A stretch of 64,000 bases of DNA from NCBI RefSeq assembly GCF_006345805.1, contig NC_043010.1, forward strand, positions 47,678,001-47,742,000, written 5' to 3'. Positions 23,321 through 37,751 of this stretch are shown here, one piece after another. Position 1 is the first letter of the stretch. Each line of letters begins with the position of its first letter. The position numbers and the translations under genes are program-made. The notes beneath the pieces are model-generated. The model was not told where the DNA came from. It saw nothing but the letters and a program-made list of their open reading frames with translations, and did no database searches. Source of the DNA: Octopus sinensis. Taxonomy: Eukaryota.

Positions 23321-24032
23321 TTTGTCTGCTGATCTAATAATTCTAGCAATCCATAATGGTTCCTAACAGAGTTACATACAATATTACAATTTTCGAAGGA
23401 GAAGAAACAGTTACTTAAATCTTTCCCAATACTTTAACAAATCCTGAAAGGATGAAAGACAGCATTTGTTGCAGCAGGATTTGAACTCAGAATGTAACGG
23501 GAAATAACTAAATGTTATAATTGCATGATCATTTTGTTTAATGTTCTACTGATTTCCTGTCTAAATAAAAGCAAACAGTAGAATCTGAGGACACTAGTGA
23601 TGTTCTGCATCAGCAAATAGTAATACAAACAGCCCAAAGAGTGGGATATACTATGTTAATGAAAAAGAGGAATCTAATGTTTAAAGAAGAACCTTAAATC
23701 AGAATAAGAGGAGTTGTTTAACTGTGTTACTGGAATCACAGATCTAGTATTCCACCAAAACATGTAAAAATGTCATCTCCCCCACCCAATAAATATATCT
23801 AACAGAAGCATTAGACATTTGAGTAAGACTTGATCTCCAAACTGTTGAATCCCTTCAAACCATCCAACTTATACCAGCATGGAAATGGATAAAAAACGAT
23901 GACGATAATGCATCGTTGAGCATTTATATATATGTGTGTGTGTATGAATGTACATATGTATGTATGTACATATGTATGTATGTACGTACGTATGTATGTA
24001 TTTATGTATGTATGTATGTGTGTGTGTGTATA

Positions 24033-24128
24033 TATTCAGCTGGGTGTCTGGAACTTCTTGGTTTTATTTCAAAGCCCTTGACAGAGATGGTATCAACTGA
24101 GAAGAAGTTCCAGACACCCAGCTGAATA
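24033..24128. mobile_element. Tiny MITE (about 96 bp) with 27-bp TIRs
   Basis: tattcagctgggtgtctggaacttctt / aagaagttccagacacccagctgaata. Confidence 0.75.
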
Positions 24129-24902
24129 CTTGACAGACACTGACTTTGCTGACGACATCGCTCTTATCAGTGATTCTCTCTCCAATGCCCAGTCTCTTTT
24201 ACAATCTCTCGAACAAGCCTCAAATTGTGTAGGTCTTTACCTCAATGAGGCCAAGACTGAATATATAAACAAGGCCTGTCCAACAGTGATTGCATCATCC
24301 ATACTCTCAACAATGCGCCCTTAAATATGGTTTCTGATTACAAATATCTTGGGTCATACATATCATCATCTGGAAAAGACTTTCTAACTAGAAAGGGTAT
24401 GGCCTGGTCAGCCTGTAATGACATGCATAAGATCTGGTCATCAAATCTAAGTAGAGACTTCATACTTGAAATCTTCAAAGCCACAGTCGAACCAATTCTA
24501 CTATATGGCTCAGAAACCTGGACGTTATCAAAGAAGCTTGAGAGGCAGTTGGATGGAACCTACACTCACCTCCTTATGAGAGACAAAATCTCTCGTGGAA
24601 GCGTCATCCAACCAAAATGCAAATATATGGTAAACTACCACCTGTGTCATCTCTTGTGAAAGGTAGGAGAGTCCAGTTTGCTGGACATTGTTGTAGAGCT
24701 GACAACAAGGCAATTTCTACTCTTCTCCTCTGGAAGCCATCTACTCGCAATACCAGAGGGCGCACACTCTCCTACCTTGATGTAATCTCCAGGGATACAG
24801 GCATCCAGCAACAGGACCTCCGTAATGCTATGATGGACCGTGAAGTCTGGCGTAGCATGGTAAATTCCATTGTCTCGACCATGGTCAAACAATGATGATG
24901 AT
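24129..24902 (+). mobile_element. 5'-truncated RTE/RTEX-like LINE
   Basis: DFADDIAL, YKYLGS, ILLYGSETW, QFAGHC, MMDREVWR with frameshifts; (TGA)n tail. Confidence 0.9.
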
Positions 24903-24923
24903 GTGTGTATATATATATACATA

Positions 24924-25392
24924 CAGGGGTTGGACAAAATAATGGAAACACCTTAAAATTTCAAACAAATTTATTTTAATATGATGTAGAACCACCTTTG
25001 ACAGTAATTACAGCTTGAATTCTATGAGGCATGGACTCATACAAAGTTTGAATTGTTTCCAAAGGAATTTTTGTCCCTTCTTCAACTAAAACAATCTCCA
25101 GTTCTTGTAAGGATGATGGTGAGGATATTGACTCCTTACTTGTTTTTCTAAAATGCACCATAAATGTTCAATAATATTGAGATCTGGGGACTGTGGTGAC
25201 CAGATAAGATGTTCAACACTAGAATGTTCCTCGTGCCATTCAGTAACAACTTTAGGTGTGTGAATTGGTGCATTATCATCCTGAAAAATTGTGTTTCCTT
25301 CCAGAAACAGTTCCACAACCAAAGGATGAATTTGATCAGATAAAATGCTTAAATAGTCTTGACTATTAATTCTGCCATGAAGGGAAACCATT
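24924..25392 (-). mobile_element. Tc1 (DD34E) transposon 3' fragment
   Basis: TA|CAGGGGTTGGACAAAATAATGGAAACACC terminus; FQDDNAPIH..WSPQSPDLNIIEHLW. Confidence 0.9.
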
Positions 25393-25927
25393 TGTGTGTA
25401 TGTGTGTGTATATGTGAGGCCACATATCTTTATACCAGTATACATACACAAACATATGTATAGGGAGAGACATGCAAATTAAATAAAAAGCATTTTCTTT
25501 CTCACAATATAAAATTCATTTTTCTGTTTAATCTATTTCTAACAAATAAATAAAATATGTTACTTAAAATTCAAGAATAACATTTAAATATATATATATG
25601 AAGCTAATAAATTACAACATGATTTAGGGGTAAAAATATGAATAGTAAAATACCTGGTTATCAATGTTAGAGTCTTCTCGATCCTAAATCCAGATATTAA
25701 TGGAATGCATAGGAACAAAGAACATGCATAAGGTAATTATATCGGTATAGGAAGATCTCAATTTTGTACATTTGTGTTAAAAGGTGTTAAAAGGCCAGAA
25801 GTAATACAGGAATGCATCTATATAAGTTGTGTGCAAGTATATATATGCAAATATTGTGTGTGTGTGTGTGTTTGTGTGTGTGAGTGCATGTATGAGAGTG
25901 TGTGTGAGAGAGAAAGAGAGAGAGAGA

Positions 25928-26332
25928 GGAGTGGCTGTGTGGTAAGTAACTTGCTTACCAACTACATGGTTCCAGGTTCAGTCCCACTGCATGGCACTTT
26001 GGGCAAGAGCCTTCTACTATAGCCTCAGGCCGACCAAAGCTTTTTGAGTGGATTTGGTAGACGGAAACTGAAACTGAAAGAAGCCTGTCGGGTATATGTA
26101 TATATATATGTGTGTGTGTTTGTGTGTCTGTGTTTGCCCCTCCCCCCTCCAACATTGCTTGACAACCGATGCTGGTGTGTTTACGTCCCCGTAACTTAGC
26201 GGTTCGGCAAAAGAGGCCGATAGAATAAGTACTAGGGCTTGCAAAGAATAAGTCCTGGGGTTGATTTCCTCGACTAAAGGCAGTGCTCCAGCATGGCCGC
26301 AATCAGATGACTGAAACAAGTAAAAGAGTAAC
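25928..26332 (+). mobile_element. SINE family A copy (full length)
   Basis: aggagtggctgtgtggtaag ... gactgaaacaagtaaaagag. Confidence 0.85.
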
Positions 26333-26397
26333 AGAGATATGAGAGCATGTGTGTGTGTGTGCGTGGGTGGGTGGGTGTGTGAATGTGCATGTGTGCA

Positions 26398-26450
<53 letters not shown>

Positions 26451-27754
26451 GTGTGTGTGCTCAACAGGTACTTATTTTATAAACTCCAAAAGAACAAAAA
26501 GTAAAGTCGACCTCAGTGGAATTTGAACTCAGAACATAAAGACAGATAAAATGCCACCAAGTAATTTATCCAGCATGCTTAAAATTCTGCTTGCTCACTC
26601 ACTGCCTCAGTCAGAACAAATATTGCAAGGTATTTTGTCTGATGCTCCAATGAAATCTCTTGTGAATGTAATTAACGATAAGGCTTTCTTTTCCTAAGAA
26701 ATCTTTCATCAACATGGAACCTATACAAACATTCAACCTGCAAAAAATAACAACCAAATCTCTCTCAAATTACACTCAACTATCTTAAAACTGGGAAGGA
26801 CGCGTTGGATATTGCTATACTGCATGACAATACTATCATCATCATCATCATCATCATTTAACATCCGTTTTCCATGCTAGCATGAGTTGGACGGTTCAAC
26901 TGGGGTCTGTGAAGCCAGAAGGCTGCATCAGGCCCAGTCTGATCTGGCAGTGTTTCTGTCAGTATTACTATATAATAAGAAAATAGGTAATACTATCTGA
27001 GACCTCCTTCGGCCACGACACAGACCATGGGATTGCACCTAGAAAGTTACCCTCCCAGGCACAAGTCCAGGCAAGGTTGTTTATGGATACTATATGGTAA
27101 TACTATATGGCTATTCTATATAAGAAAATACGTAATACTATATGACCATGATATGTGATAAGGTTACAGATAATACTTCATAGCTACATTATGCATGAAA
27201 AAATGATGGGATGATCACAGCTAGAGTATCTTTCATTACAAGATGGTTTAGTCAGAGTTAAACAACAATAACTACTATAACGACAGCAACAACAACCAAC
27301 AGATTCCTGAAATAATGTGAATATCAGCTTTAGATAACGGATCGTTTAGGGTATCAGTGTATGAGTCCTAGTGTAGTGTATCTGGGACATAAGGGCTGGA
27401 AGATTTCATACTGAGAAGAGTTGAACTCGGCACAGCAAGCTAACACTGCAGCTTATAGGCACGACTTGAGTTACAGTAGATGCAGATGTGTGGTTAAGAA
27501 GCTTGCCTTCCATCCACGTGATTTCAGGTTCAGTCCCACTGTGAGGCCTCTTAGGCGAGCATTTCCTACTATAATCCTGGGGCCAACCTAAGCCTTGTGA
27601 GTGGATTTGGTTGACAGAAACTGAAAGAAGCCAGTTGTGTGTGTGTGTGCGTGCATGCATTTGCATCTCCAAGCCTTTCATATATTTTTTGGTCAGCTTG
27701 TGAGTAAAGCTCAGTTGTGGTAATGTTGTTGTGGTGTAATTGTCTATTTTGTGA

Positions 27755-28245
27755 CATGTTACCAGCGGTGATCATTACCAGTGGTGATCGTTACCAGTGG
27801 TGATCGTTACCAGCAGTGATCGTTACCAGCGTCGCCTTACTGGCACTTGAGCCCTGTGCTAGTAGGATGCTAAGAGCACCATCTGAGCATGATCGTTGCC
27901 AGAGCAGCTATCTGGCCTCTGTGCCGGTGACACGTAAAAGACACCATTCGAGTGTGATTATTACCAGTATCGCCTTACTGGCACCTGTGCCAGTGGCATG
28001 TGTAAAAGATTCAAGTGAGGTCATTGCCAGTACTACCTGACTGGCCCATGGCCGGTGGCACATAAAAGCACCCACTACACTCTCAGAGTGGTTGGCATTA
28101 GGAAGGGCATCCAGCAGTAGAAACTCTGCCAGATCAAGATTGGAGCCTGGTGTAGACATCTGGTCCGCCAGCCCTCAGTCAAATTGTCCAACCCATGCTA
28201 GCATGGAAAGCGGACGTTAAACAATGATGATGATGATTATGATGA
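27755..28245 (+). mobile_element. Family C element
   Basis: Tandem gtgatcgttacca units, then the shared family C 3' end. Confidence 0.8.
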
Positions 28246-28479
28246 TGATGTAATGAAATAGTTTTATGAATTGTTTAATTGGATGAGCAGGAATAAAGAA
28301 TTGTAGAGAGAAACAAGAAGAAGTGTGAGAGAGAAATAAGAGGAGAATAACAAGGAGTTGAAATGTTTCAAAATTGGTGGTGAAAAGAAGACTGGAGCAA
28401 AGAGAATGGATAGATGTCATTAGTTTTATTCAAGTTTCACAGATAACATTTACACTAAATTGACCATATTTCGTGCAGG

Positions 28480-28690
28480 AAATTGAGGAGGGGCTTTATG
28501 TCTCATTTGAGTTCATTGAAGCATGTATGTAAAGAAACATGCTAGAGGTTAAATTGCCATTGACATCAACCACGGCCTCCAGATGACATCACAATCTCCT
28601 GCAACTCCTTTGGATGGTTTCCCTGTTTAAGTTGGTGAATGCTGCCATAATCTTTATCATGGTGCTGTTTTTCTCACTTTGGTGCCCAAC
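28480..28690 (-). mobile_element. Tc1/maT-like transposase C-terminal remnant
   Basis: IKIMAAFTNLNRETIQRSCRR..LEAVVDVNG. Confidence 0.55.
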
Positions 28691-29074
28691 TGACCCTACT
28701 ATACTGTGTAATCGATAAAATCAAAAGCAAACGATGCTCATGTGTGAAATTAAAAATATAAAATGGCAACAATCTACCTATCACACCCTGTATATATGTA
28801 AGTATGTTTGTGCATACATGTGTAAGTTTGTAGATATAAGTATGCTAGCTTATAATGAGGTATACAAAATTCGTAATTATACAAATGCAGGAATAATCTC
28901 ATCCACTCTTCTTTTACTCGTTTCAGTCATTTGACTGTGGCCATGCTGGAGCACTGCCTTTAGTCGAGCAAATCGATCCCAGGACTTATTCTTTGCAAGC
29001 CTAGTACTTATTCTATCGGTTCTCTTTTGCTGAACCGCTAAGTTACGGGGACGTAAACACACCAGCATCAATTC

Positions 29075-30340
29075 AATAACATAATGGCCAATATTATCAA
29101 TGACCTCCTTCCAACAATCTATAGACTTCTTCATACCAATTGTACAAAATTCTTTTGGTTTTGTACAAAAACTGTAGCAGGTGGGTAGTTTCCATTTATT
29201 GATATGTTTTAAGAACTAGTCTATCAAGATGATTCTGTAAAGTTCAGAATAGGTTTTAATCAGATGGAGCAAGGTCCAGTAAATAAAGAAAGTGTGGAAC
29301 TTTTTTACAACCAAGGTTTTCAATCTTTTCAGCTATGATCTTTGCTGTAAGAGACCTTGTATTATCATAATCGAACACCAGTCAATTGTGAGTCACTAAA
29401 GTAGGTATTTTTTCTTTCAAAGCAGTGTTTAAACATTATAACAGCTGCCAGTAAATGTTTGTTGTAATTGTTTCATTAACTGATAGTATCTCGAAGTGGA
29501 TCACACCAAACACAATCCTACTAAACACTAAACAACATTTACCTGGGATGGTTGCCCCTTAGTTTGTAGTTTAGCCAAGTCAATTCACCTTCACTAAACT
29601 CCTTTTTCTTCTTTTTTTCTGCCTGCGTCACTGAACATTCTTGCGAAAAAATCCATTTTTCTTCAACTGTCACTAATATGTTCAAAAGTAGTGACATGCA
29701 TTCATGTGTGAGCAGAGTAGCGCAAATGTTCAAATGCATCAGTTATTTTCTTATTTCGTTATTGCCCACAAGGGGCTAAACATAGAGGGGACAAACAAGG
29801 ATAGACAAAGGGATTAAGTCGAGTACATCGACCCCAGTGCGTAACTGGTACTTAATTTATCAACCCCAAAAGGATGAAAGGTAATGTTGACCTCGGCGGA
29901 ATTTGAACTCAAAACGTAAAGGCAGACGAAATACCGCTAAGCATTTCGCCTGGCATGCCAACGTTTCTGCCAACTCGCTGCCTCACACAGCTGTTTTCTG
30001 TCAAGTTATGGAGATTCCACTTTCAAAGTTTAGACACCTTTCCAAGCCATTTCAGATGCTGTTGAACTGTTGAATGGCGTGAATTCAGCTTCTGGGCTAA
30101 TTTTTCAACCACAGCAGCACTATTTTGATCAGGTTCTTGCAAAAGCAAGTTTTCATTAAATTGAACAGGGCAACCTATTCATGGAGCATTTTGTAAAGTG
30201 AAATAAAATTTTCTAAACCTTTCAAATCATCTTCAACTGGTTCTTTTGTTTAAAGGAATCTTTCCTATAAACAACATGAATATTTTAAATTGCTTCTACT
30301 TCATTATTGCCTTTTCAAAACTTATAAAGCATTAGAAAGG
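29075..30340 (-). mobile_element. Heavily decayed mariner with a nested SINE B
   Basis: Remnants DYDNTRSLTAK..LDLAPSD, CWKEVIDNIGHY and an N-terminal LYKF.KGNN.VEA. Confidence 0.6.
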
Positions 30341-30448
30341 GAATCCTACCATAGACACCATGCCTAACAAACACTGAAGTGCAGGGCAGTCCTATGATCC
30401 ATTGAGTCCTGCTAAACTATCCAACCCATGTCAGCATAGAATATGAAC

Positions 30449-30480
<32 letters not shown>

Positions 30481-30539
30481 AAAGTATTATATGTCTTAAA
30501 TTCTTTGTGGACATCTTTCACCTTTCACCAAGTGGGGTC

Positions 30540-30740
30540 AAAGTAGTAACTGAACTGGCTAACTCATACTCTGTCATGAATGACCATGTGATTGCACCTA
30601 GAAAGTTACCCTCCAAGGCACAAGTCTGGGCAAGGTTGTTTATGGAAGACCAGCAGTCGCCCATGCATACTGCCTCACCTCTCCATGCCACTGATGTTAT
30701 CTAAGGGAAAGGCAAAAGCCGATACAGCTTGGCACCATTT
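30540..30740 (+). repeat. Unclassified short repeat (second partial copy about 27000-27087)
   Basis: Shared gattgcacctagaaagttaccctc..ggcaaggttgtttatgga. Confidence 0.6.
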
Positions 30741-30756
30741 ATAAATGTGCAAGCTC

Positions 30757-31072
30757 ATTTATAAATGTGCAAGTAGCCGAGCATTTCACAGACATGTGTA
30801 CCCTTAACGTAGTTCCCGGGGAGATTCAGTATGATATAGAGTGTAATAAGGCTGGCCCTTTGAAACACAGGTACAAGAGAAAGAGGAAGAAAAAGTGAGA
30901 GAAAATTGTGGTGAAAGAGTACAGCAGGGTTCACCACCACCTCCTGCCAGAGCCTCGTGGAGCTTTAGGTGTTTTTGCTCAATAAACACTCACAATGCCC
31001 AGTCTGGGAATCAAAAGCGTGATCCTACGACTGCGAGTCCACTGCCCTAACCACTGGGCCATTGCGCCTCCA
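30757..31072 (-). mobile_element. tRNA-derived SINE family D (second copy about 61075-61345)
   Basis: Head ggaggcgcaatggcccagtggttaggg..; body aaaacacctaaagctcca..ctgctgtactctttc. Confidence 0.75.
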
Positions 31073-31601
31073 CTAACACATACTGTAATGACATGAATTA
31101 CTTGTTAACAATTGTTCAAAGTCATTGTAACATGAACTGTTACCATTCAGATATTTTGAAATAACAAACAAAGCAGTTCAACTTACAGATATCAGATTTT
31201 TGGATATTACAAATGGGATGACCCGATACTAACCTACTTCTACTGAAAACAATAACTCACATCAATTCTATATAGATATCAGTTACAAATACTAACACAA
31301 AAGTTATAAGGAATCCAAAACATGCTATGTTGCATTCCTGTACTTATTCACCAAATTCTCATAAACTCCCCAAATTGAATATCTTTTTATCCTTTTATTT
31401 GTTACAATCATTTGATTGCAACTGTGCTGGATCACTGGCTTGAAGGGTTTTAATCAAAGAGACCCTAGGACTTTTTTTTATGACCAGTGCTCATTCTATC
31501 GGTCTCTTTTACCAAACTGCTAAGTTATGGGGACTAAACACACCTGCATCAGTTGTTGAGTGGTGGTGGTGGTAGCAGTGGTGGTTGACAAACACAGATG
31601 T

Positions 31602-31647
<46 letters not shown>

Positions 31648-32207
31648 ACGACATGCTTTTTTCAGTTTCCTTCTACCAAATTCAAAGCTTTAATTCACCA
31701 CAACAGAATTTGAACTTAGAGCATAAAAAGTGGTGAACTTTGCCTTTCACCTCTCCAGGGTCAGTAAAATAAAATACCTGCCAAATACTGACTGTGGTTG
31801 ATGGTTTCAACTTCATATTTGTTGGCTTTGTGCCAAAATAAGAAGCCATAGCAGAATTATTTGCACACTGGACAAAATGCTTTGCAGCATTTCTTCTGGT
31901 TTTATGTTCAGAGTTCAAATCACACTAAGGTTGATTTTTACCTTTCAGTAATTTTGAAGTTGATAAAGTAAGTACCAGTTGAGCTCTAAAATTGATGTGA
32001 TTAACTGTGTCCCCTACCCCCACCACTACCATCACCACCAGTGCCACCACAATTTCTGGCCTTGAGCCAATAGTAGAAAGAATTATTATTATTATTATTA
32101 TTATATTATTATTATTATTAAGGCAGCAAGTTGGTAGAATCATTAGCACACTGGACAAAATGTGTGTGTGTGAGTGTGCTGTGTACACAAGCATGTGTAT
32201 GTGTATG

Positions 32208-32246
<39 letters not shown>

Positions 32247-33529
32247 TGTGTGTGTGTGTGTTAAATTCAACTCCAGATTTTTTCAGCTGCCTCACATATA
32301 TATAAAAGTATGAATTTTTTAAAATAAGAATTCATTCATGATGAATCCCTGAAAGGTGCAAAAGCACTAAATAATAGCTTTTGTTCAAATCTAGACTGCC
32401 TTCATTTCCTTAATATATACACATATGTATACATATTACACATGTATACATACATACATACATACATACCTTGTGCCTATAGTAGAAAGGATTAATTATT
32501 ATTATTACCAAAAGTTTATCATTTAAGTATATATGAACATGTCTGGATATGCAAGTATATGCATGAGAAGACATACATAAAACAAAACATATGAATCTGC
32601 ATGTATATATATATAAAAAAAATACCCTGTTGATGTTGTTGAAATTCCAATGAAGGAGCCTTGGATCTAGGTTAGAAACTGGCTCTTTCTCTATTGGCTA
32701 GAAATCTTGAAATAAAATTGAATAATGACATACATACATCTGATGGATTCTCTCATCATGAACAACTAATGAGGGTTCAGTAAAATAAAGTGGTAATCAT
32801 GTTCTATGGACACGACTTGTCTCTTGAGGCCTACCAGGAAGACAGGTTGGTTCCTCTCGAATTCTTTGTAAACTATTAAATATATCTCCTTCTGTGTATA
32901 TATATATACTACCAAACAAACATGATTTTTATTGAACTTCTAATACTTTTTGTTGAATATTTTCTTAAATACTTTCCTGTAAACTGTTTTTAACATTTTC
33001 TTATTATTATCAAAGAATGTATATAGGTATTTTAATACTTTTGTGACAACCAGTACTTAACACAAAAAAAGCTTATACAAAGCTCTACATTTTACTTTTG
33101 ACAATCTTTTTCTAATAAAATTGAAACCGGTCAAGTGAATAAACATCTTTAAAATTGCATTTTCAAACCTTCTTTCATGTATGTGCGTGTGTGTGTGTGT
33201 AATTGCACAGATGTATGTATGTATGTATGTTTGCATGCATACACACATACTGGGTTTGTATGTCAATTGGTAAACTAAATAATATAAGAATTGTTCAATA
33301 AAGTCTAATACTATGATTTTATTGTATAAAATCATAGTATAAGATACTCAATAATAGCAATAATAAAAGTAACAATAACAATAGGAACAACAACAATGAC
33401 AACAACAACAACAGCAACAACAACTTTTTCTAGTCATAACTTTTGTTGTTAAAAAAGAACTATGAAATAATATATATAAAAATAAAATATAACATAGACA
33501 AAATATATAGTTCCAATAAGTAGCTTCAC

Positions 33530-33568
33530 CTCATCTTGTATACTTTCTATTGAACCAAGCATATCTAC
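33530..33568 (-). CDS. CFAP43: CFAP43 candidate micro-exon 12 VDMLGSIESIQDE
   Basis: Good acceptor ttatgcttccag but weak donor GAG|GTGAAG. 39 nt, phase 0-0. Falls in the poorly conserved acidic linker. Confidence 0.45.
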
Positions 33569-33835
33569 CTGGAAGCATAATAAACAGAAATATATTTTAC
33601 ATACAAGCATACATACATACATACATACATACATGTACACTTATATACAAACATATGTACAAAAAGAGGGAATTATACAGGTAGATATGTGTATATGTAT
33701 ACACATTCACACACACATTAGTAAATGAAGGTATGACTGCATGATTGAGAAGTTCACTTTCTAATGTATTAATTTACACATATATGTATATATGTATGTA
33801 TATATGTATATATATATTTATATATACACATATAG

Positions 33836-33881
33836 ATAGATAGATAGATAGATAGATAGACAGATGGATATGGATAGATAG

Positions 33882-33938
<57 letters not shown>

Positions 33939-34032
33939 CGGATGGATATAGATAGATAGATAGATAGATAGATAAGATAGATAAGATAAGATAGACAGAC
34001 AGATAGATAGATAGATAGATAGATAGAAAGAT

Positions 34033-34104
<72 letters not shown>

Positions 34105-34112
34105 GGATGGAT

Positions 34113-34140
<28 letters not shown>
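33836..34140. repeat. (GATA)n microsatellite
   Basis: Direct reading. Confidence 0.95.
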
Positions 34141-34143
<3 letters not shown>

Positions 34144-34656
34144 TCTGAGTATGTATGATTGTGTACAGAAGAATATATTAATCGATGAAATTCCAACTAA
34201 GTCTGACTCACATTTTATTACTTGCAATTTTTACAATTTTATATTGAAATAAACTAGTACTTTCATGCATTATACACTTGTCAATGTTCACATACATTCA
34301 CATACTTCTCTTGTACATGCACACATATACACACATATACTCACACAGAGTTGAAACGCTGTTTGATTTTTCTTTTCAGCACTGAATGTTCACCATCCAC
34401 CTAGTTTGCCATCACCCCTTTCTTCCTTATTCCTCTATCATCGTTTCCTTTCTCTCATTCATGTGTTGTGATGGAGAAAAACACAAGAGTATTATTATAG
34501 TAGCTAACAATTTTTAATAGTTTTCGAAACCAGAAGGCAGATGAAAGATTAAATCATAAAGGATGTAAGTGAATTAGATTTTGCTACTTTCAATTTGATT
34601 TAAGCTTGATGAAAAGAGTTATTAAATGCTAATTATAAAGTAATGAAACAACTTAC

Positions 34657-34707
34657 ACTTTGTGAACCACTAGCTCTGGATATTAATTCAAATATCTCTT
34701 GGTTAAA
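34657..34707 (-). CDS. CFAP43: CFAP43 coding exon 11 FNQEIFELISRASGSQS
   Basis: Acceptor ttctctatgttcag, donor GTAAGT. 51 nt, phase 0-0. Only loose protein similarity. Confidence 0.65.
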
Positions 34708-35786
34708 CTGAACATAGAGAAGAAAGAAGCCATTATTATAATTGTTATATGTTCAGAGTAGACAAATATTAAAGGTGTTTTCAGTGCAAAGGTAGGTAAA
34801 TAAGGATTTGTAATATATCGAACCATAGAGACACCACTCTCTCTGAAAGACTATGCTCAGAGGAGGAATTGAACCCAGGACTGCAGACTAATGACTGAAA
34901 CAAATAAAATTTGTTTCAGACAAATGACTGAAACAAATAAAAGAGTAAAAGAGTAAAAGAGTATATAATGAGTTCAAAATTTTATAGAAAAGGTTATTCT
35001 TTAATTTTTGTAAGAAATATAGTCAATTGCATTTATCTAAGTATTTAATTGATTCTATTTTATTGGCTCTGCAGGGATGACAAGCTAAGTCAACCCTATA
35101 AGGATTGGGAAGCTAACTCTAACAGTTACTCATCTATGTCATTCATAGATTAATTACTAACTAATCATTTTATACATTTTTATCTACCAAAACAGGTTTC
35201 ATTATTTTGTTTTTCTTCTTCAACCACAAATTTAAAGTGATTAGTGATTATTCCAGTCAAAGCAGTCTTATATGAGAAAACTTGTAAAATTCTGCAGAGT
35301 TCAGATTTTTCACTTACACTTGGCCCATGAAACTGCTAATATTAATTTCCTTCTTAGACAGTAAGCTGGCAGAATCATTAGCCTGCTGGGCAAAATCCTT
35401 AGCAACATTTCATCTGTCTTTATGTTCTGAGTTCAAATTCTGCCAAGGTTGACTTCGCCTTTCATCCTTTCAGGGTCAATAAAATAAAGTGAGCACTTGG
35501 GTTGATGTATTCAACTTACCTCCTTCCCCAAAATTACTGGCCTTGTGCCAAAATTTGCAATCAATATCAATTTCCTTCTAACTCTTCTAAACCTCAACAC
35601 TCTTTCAGCTGAGATTCAAATCCATCATAGCCCCTCCCCAATCTTATTAATCCAAGTGTTGTCACTAACTTCCACAGAACAGAGTCCTTAACAGACACAA
35701 TATGAGAACAGTGTGACTGGAATACTTTAACTTTCTCAATTCTCAAAACTAGTTTTGTTCCATGAAATAGGAAGACTCTGGCTCTA

Positions 35787-35994
35787 TCTGAAGAGTTCCT
35801 GGCTTCGGGTAAAAGAAAATACAGGAGGATCAGTTAATTATGATTTTATTCAACATATACCCCTCTCAGATTCACACACTTACTGCAGTGATCCTTCAGT
35901 TTTTCAAAGCTCTGTAAAAGAACTCAGAAGGTTGGCTCTCCAACCAGACCTTTCGTGATACCCTTAAAGCCAGGAACTTTTCAGTGCCTCCTTG
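35787..35994. mobile_element. Mariner-type MITE, copy 3
   Basis: Same TIRs and body. Confidence 0.75.
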
Positions 35995-36280
35995 TATACT
36001 CCATTTGTGTCTTTGACCAAAGTGTTACAGTAATTGTTGAGCAGAGCAACCAAATATGTTCACAAGGACCTGCTTCCCTATTCAACTATATTCTACTGTT
36101 TTTAGCTAACTTATGAATCTATATTAGTGTTATCTCTGTATTCTCAGTCAACATTTGAATTTATTCTATGTAACCAGATTCACTTGTAAACTCTTAAATG
36201 TACCCCATCCTCTTTTATAACTATTCCATTCCCGTCCTCAGTTTAATAAGTAAAGAAATAAATAAAGGCATATTACAAAC

Positions 36281-36397
36281 CATATCAACTATTTTCTCAA
36301 CTTTCCGTTTGTTCTCAACCCTTTGCAGTAGCTCCAGTTCTTCTTTTGACCTTTCAATCAGGGGGAAATTTTCAACTTCTAGAGGAATGAGGAAGGC
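36281..36397 (-). CDS. CFAP43: CFAP43 coding exon 10 AFLIPLEVENFPLIERSKEELELLQRVENKRKVEKIVDM
   Basis: Acceptor ctttcctcag, donor GTTTGT. 117 nt. Matches the VENFP motif. Confidence 0.92.
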
Positions 36398-37016
36398 CTG
36401 AGGAAAGAAGAAAGTACAATATTTAGTGACAATTGATGAAACAAATACTGCAACATCCCTCTACTTATAGATCATACAAAAGAATTTTGGGAATCCAGTC
36501 ATCTTTCATGTCAACATGTCCTACCCATGTACAGTGAATTCTCAGCAGCATGGAGATATCACATTTTTCAAAGATTTTGACATCTGCTATCTTATCTTGC
36601 CATTTTATGTTGCAGATATTGCGCAGAGAGATCTTAGGAAAAGAAGTTATTTTTTATTAAACATAAGTAATCCTGAAACTTCTTGATATCACCTTGTATT
36701 TTGTTCATGTGCTTTCTCTTGAACTCATTGGAAGACAAAAATCATATCAACAGTGCCTCTCCCAGCCTGAAATCCACACTGGGATTCAGGATATATTCTT
36801 TTCTGTTAATTGTTTCAGTCATATACATATATACGACAGGCTTCTTTCAGTTTCCGTCTACCAAATCCATTCACAAGGCTTTGGTCGGCCCAAGGCTATA
36901 GTAGAAGACACTTGCCCAAGGTGCCATGCAGTGGGACTGAACCCGGAACCATGTGGCTCGTAAGCAAGCTAATTACCACACAGCCACTCAAGCTGTTTAT
37001 TACATGTTTATTGACG

Positions 37017-37048
<32 letters not shown>

Positions 37049-37192
37049 CATCATTTAATGTCCCCCTTTCCGTGTTGGGTTGGATTGGATGGTTTGAACA
37101 TGTATATGTATAAGTACACACACACACATACACACACACATACATACATACGTACATACATACATACATACATACATACATACATACATACA

Positions 37193-37480
37193 TGATGGCT
37201 GTCCACTCGTGACCGAGGAAGACCATTGCCGACCTTCAGGAACATTGTGCGCTCTAGGACTAACTTATATTTTGCATTTGCAGCTCCGTTGGTGGCTAAT
37301 GAGCCCAGCTCTTGACAAGCATACACGACTTCAAACATTGCAGACCAAGCTTTCCCCATTCACTATATGAGCCGTGCGCTTTTGCGCAGCTCGCTTAAGT
37401 TCTTCATGCTGGATACGTGCTCTCTCAAGAGTGTCGATCCCCTCCTTAACCTGTTTCCTCCATCCGCGGTGACGACAGGC
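37193..37480 (-). mobile_element. RTE (BovB-like) LINE 3' end with a C2H2-like finger
   Basis: WRKQVKEG..RIQHEELKRAARK..VCNVC..LSRAGLISHQR; embedded in (CATA)n. Confidence 0.75.
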
Positions 37481-37751
37481 ATACATACATACATACATAC
37501 GTACATGAATACATGTTGGTAATAAGTGTTTATTATGTACCCAAAGGAATTCAATTCAGCTTGTTAGAGAGTGTCTCATTCCAAATAGCAATGCTCTATT
37601 TAAGATATAAAATTTAATGCCACAACTTTGTGGTCAGTACCATTTCAGAATTGAATGTCTTGACCATCAGAAACAATGTACTGACTATTGTCCACTTCTG
37701 CTAACTGTAACTTTTGTTAATAAAGATTGGAAATTTAGACAAGGATATTAC

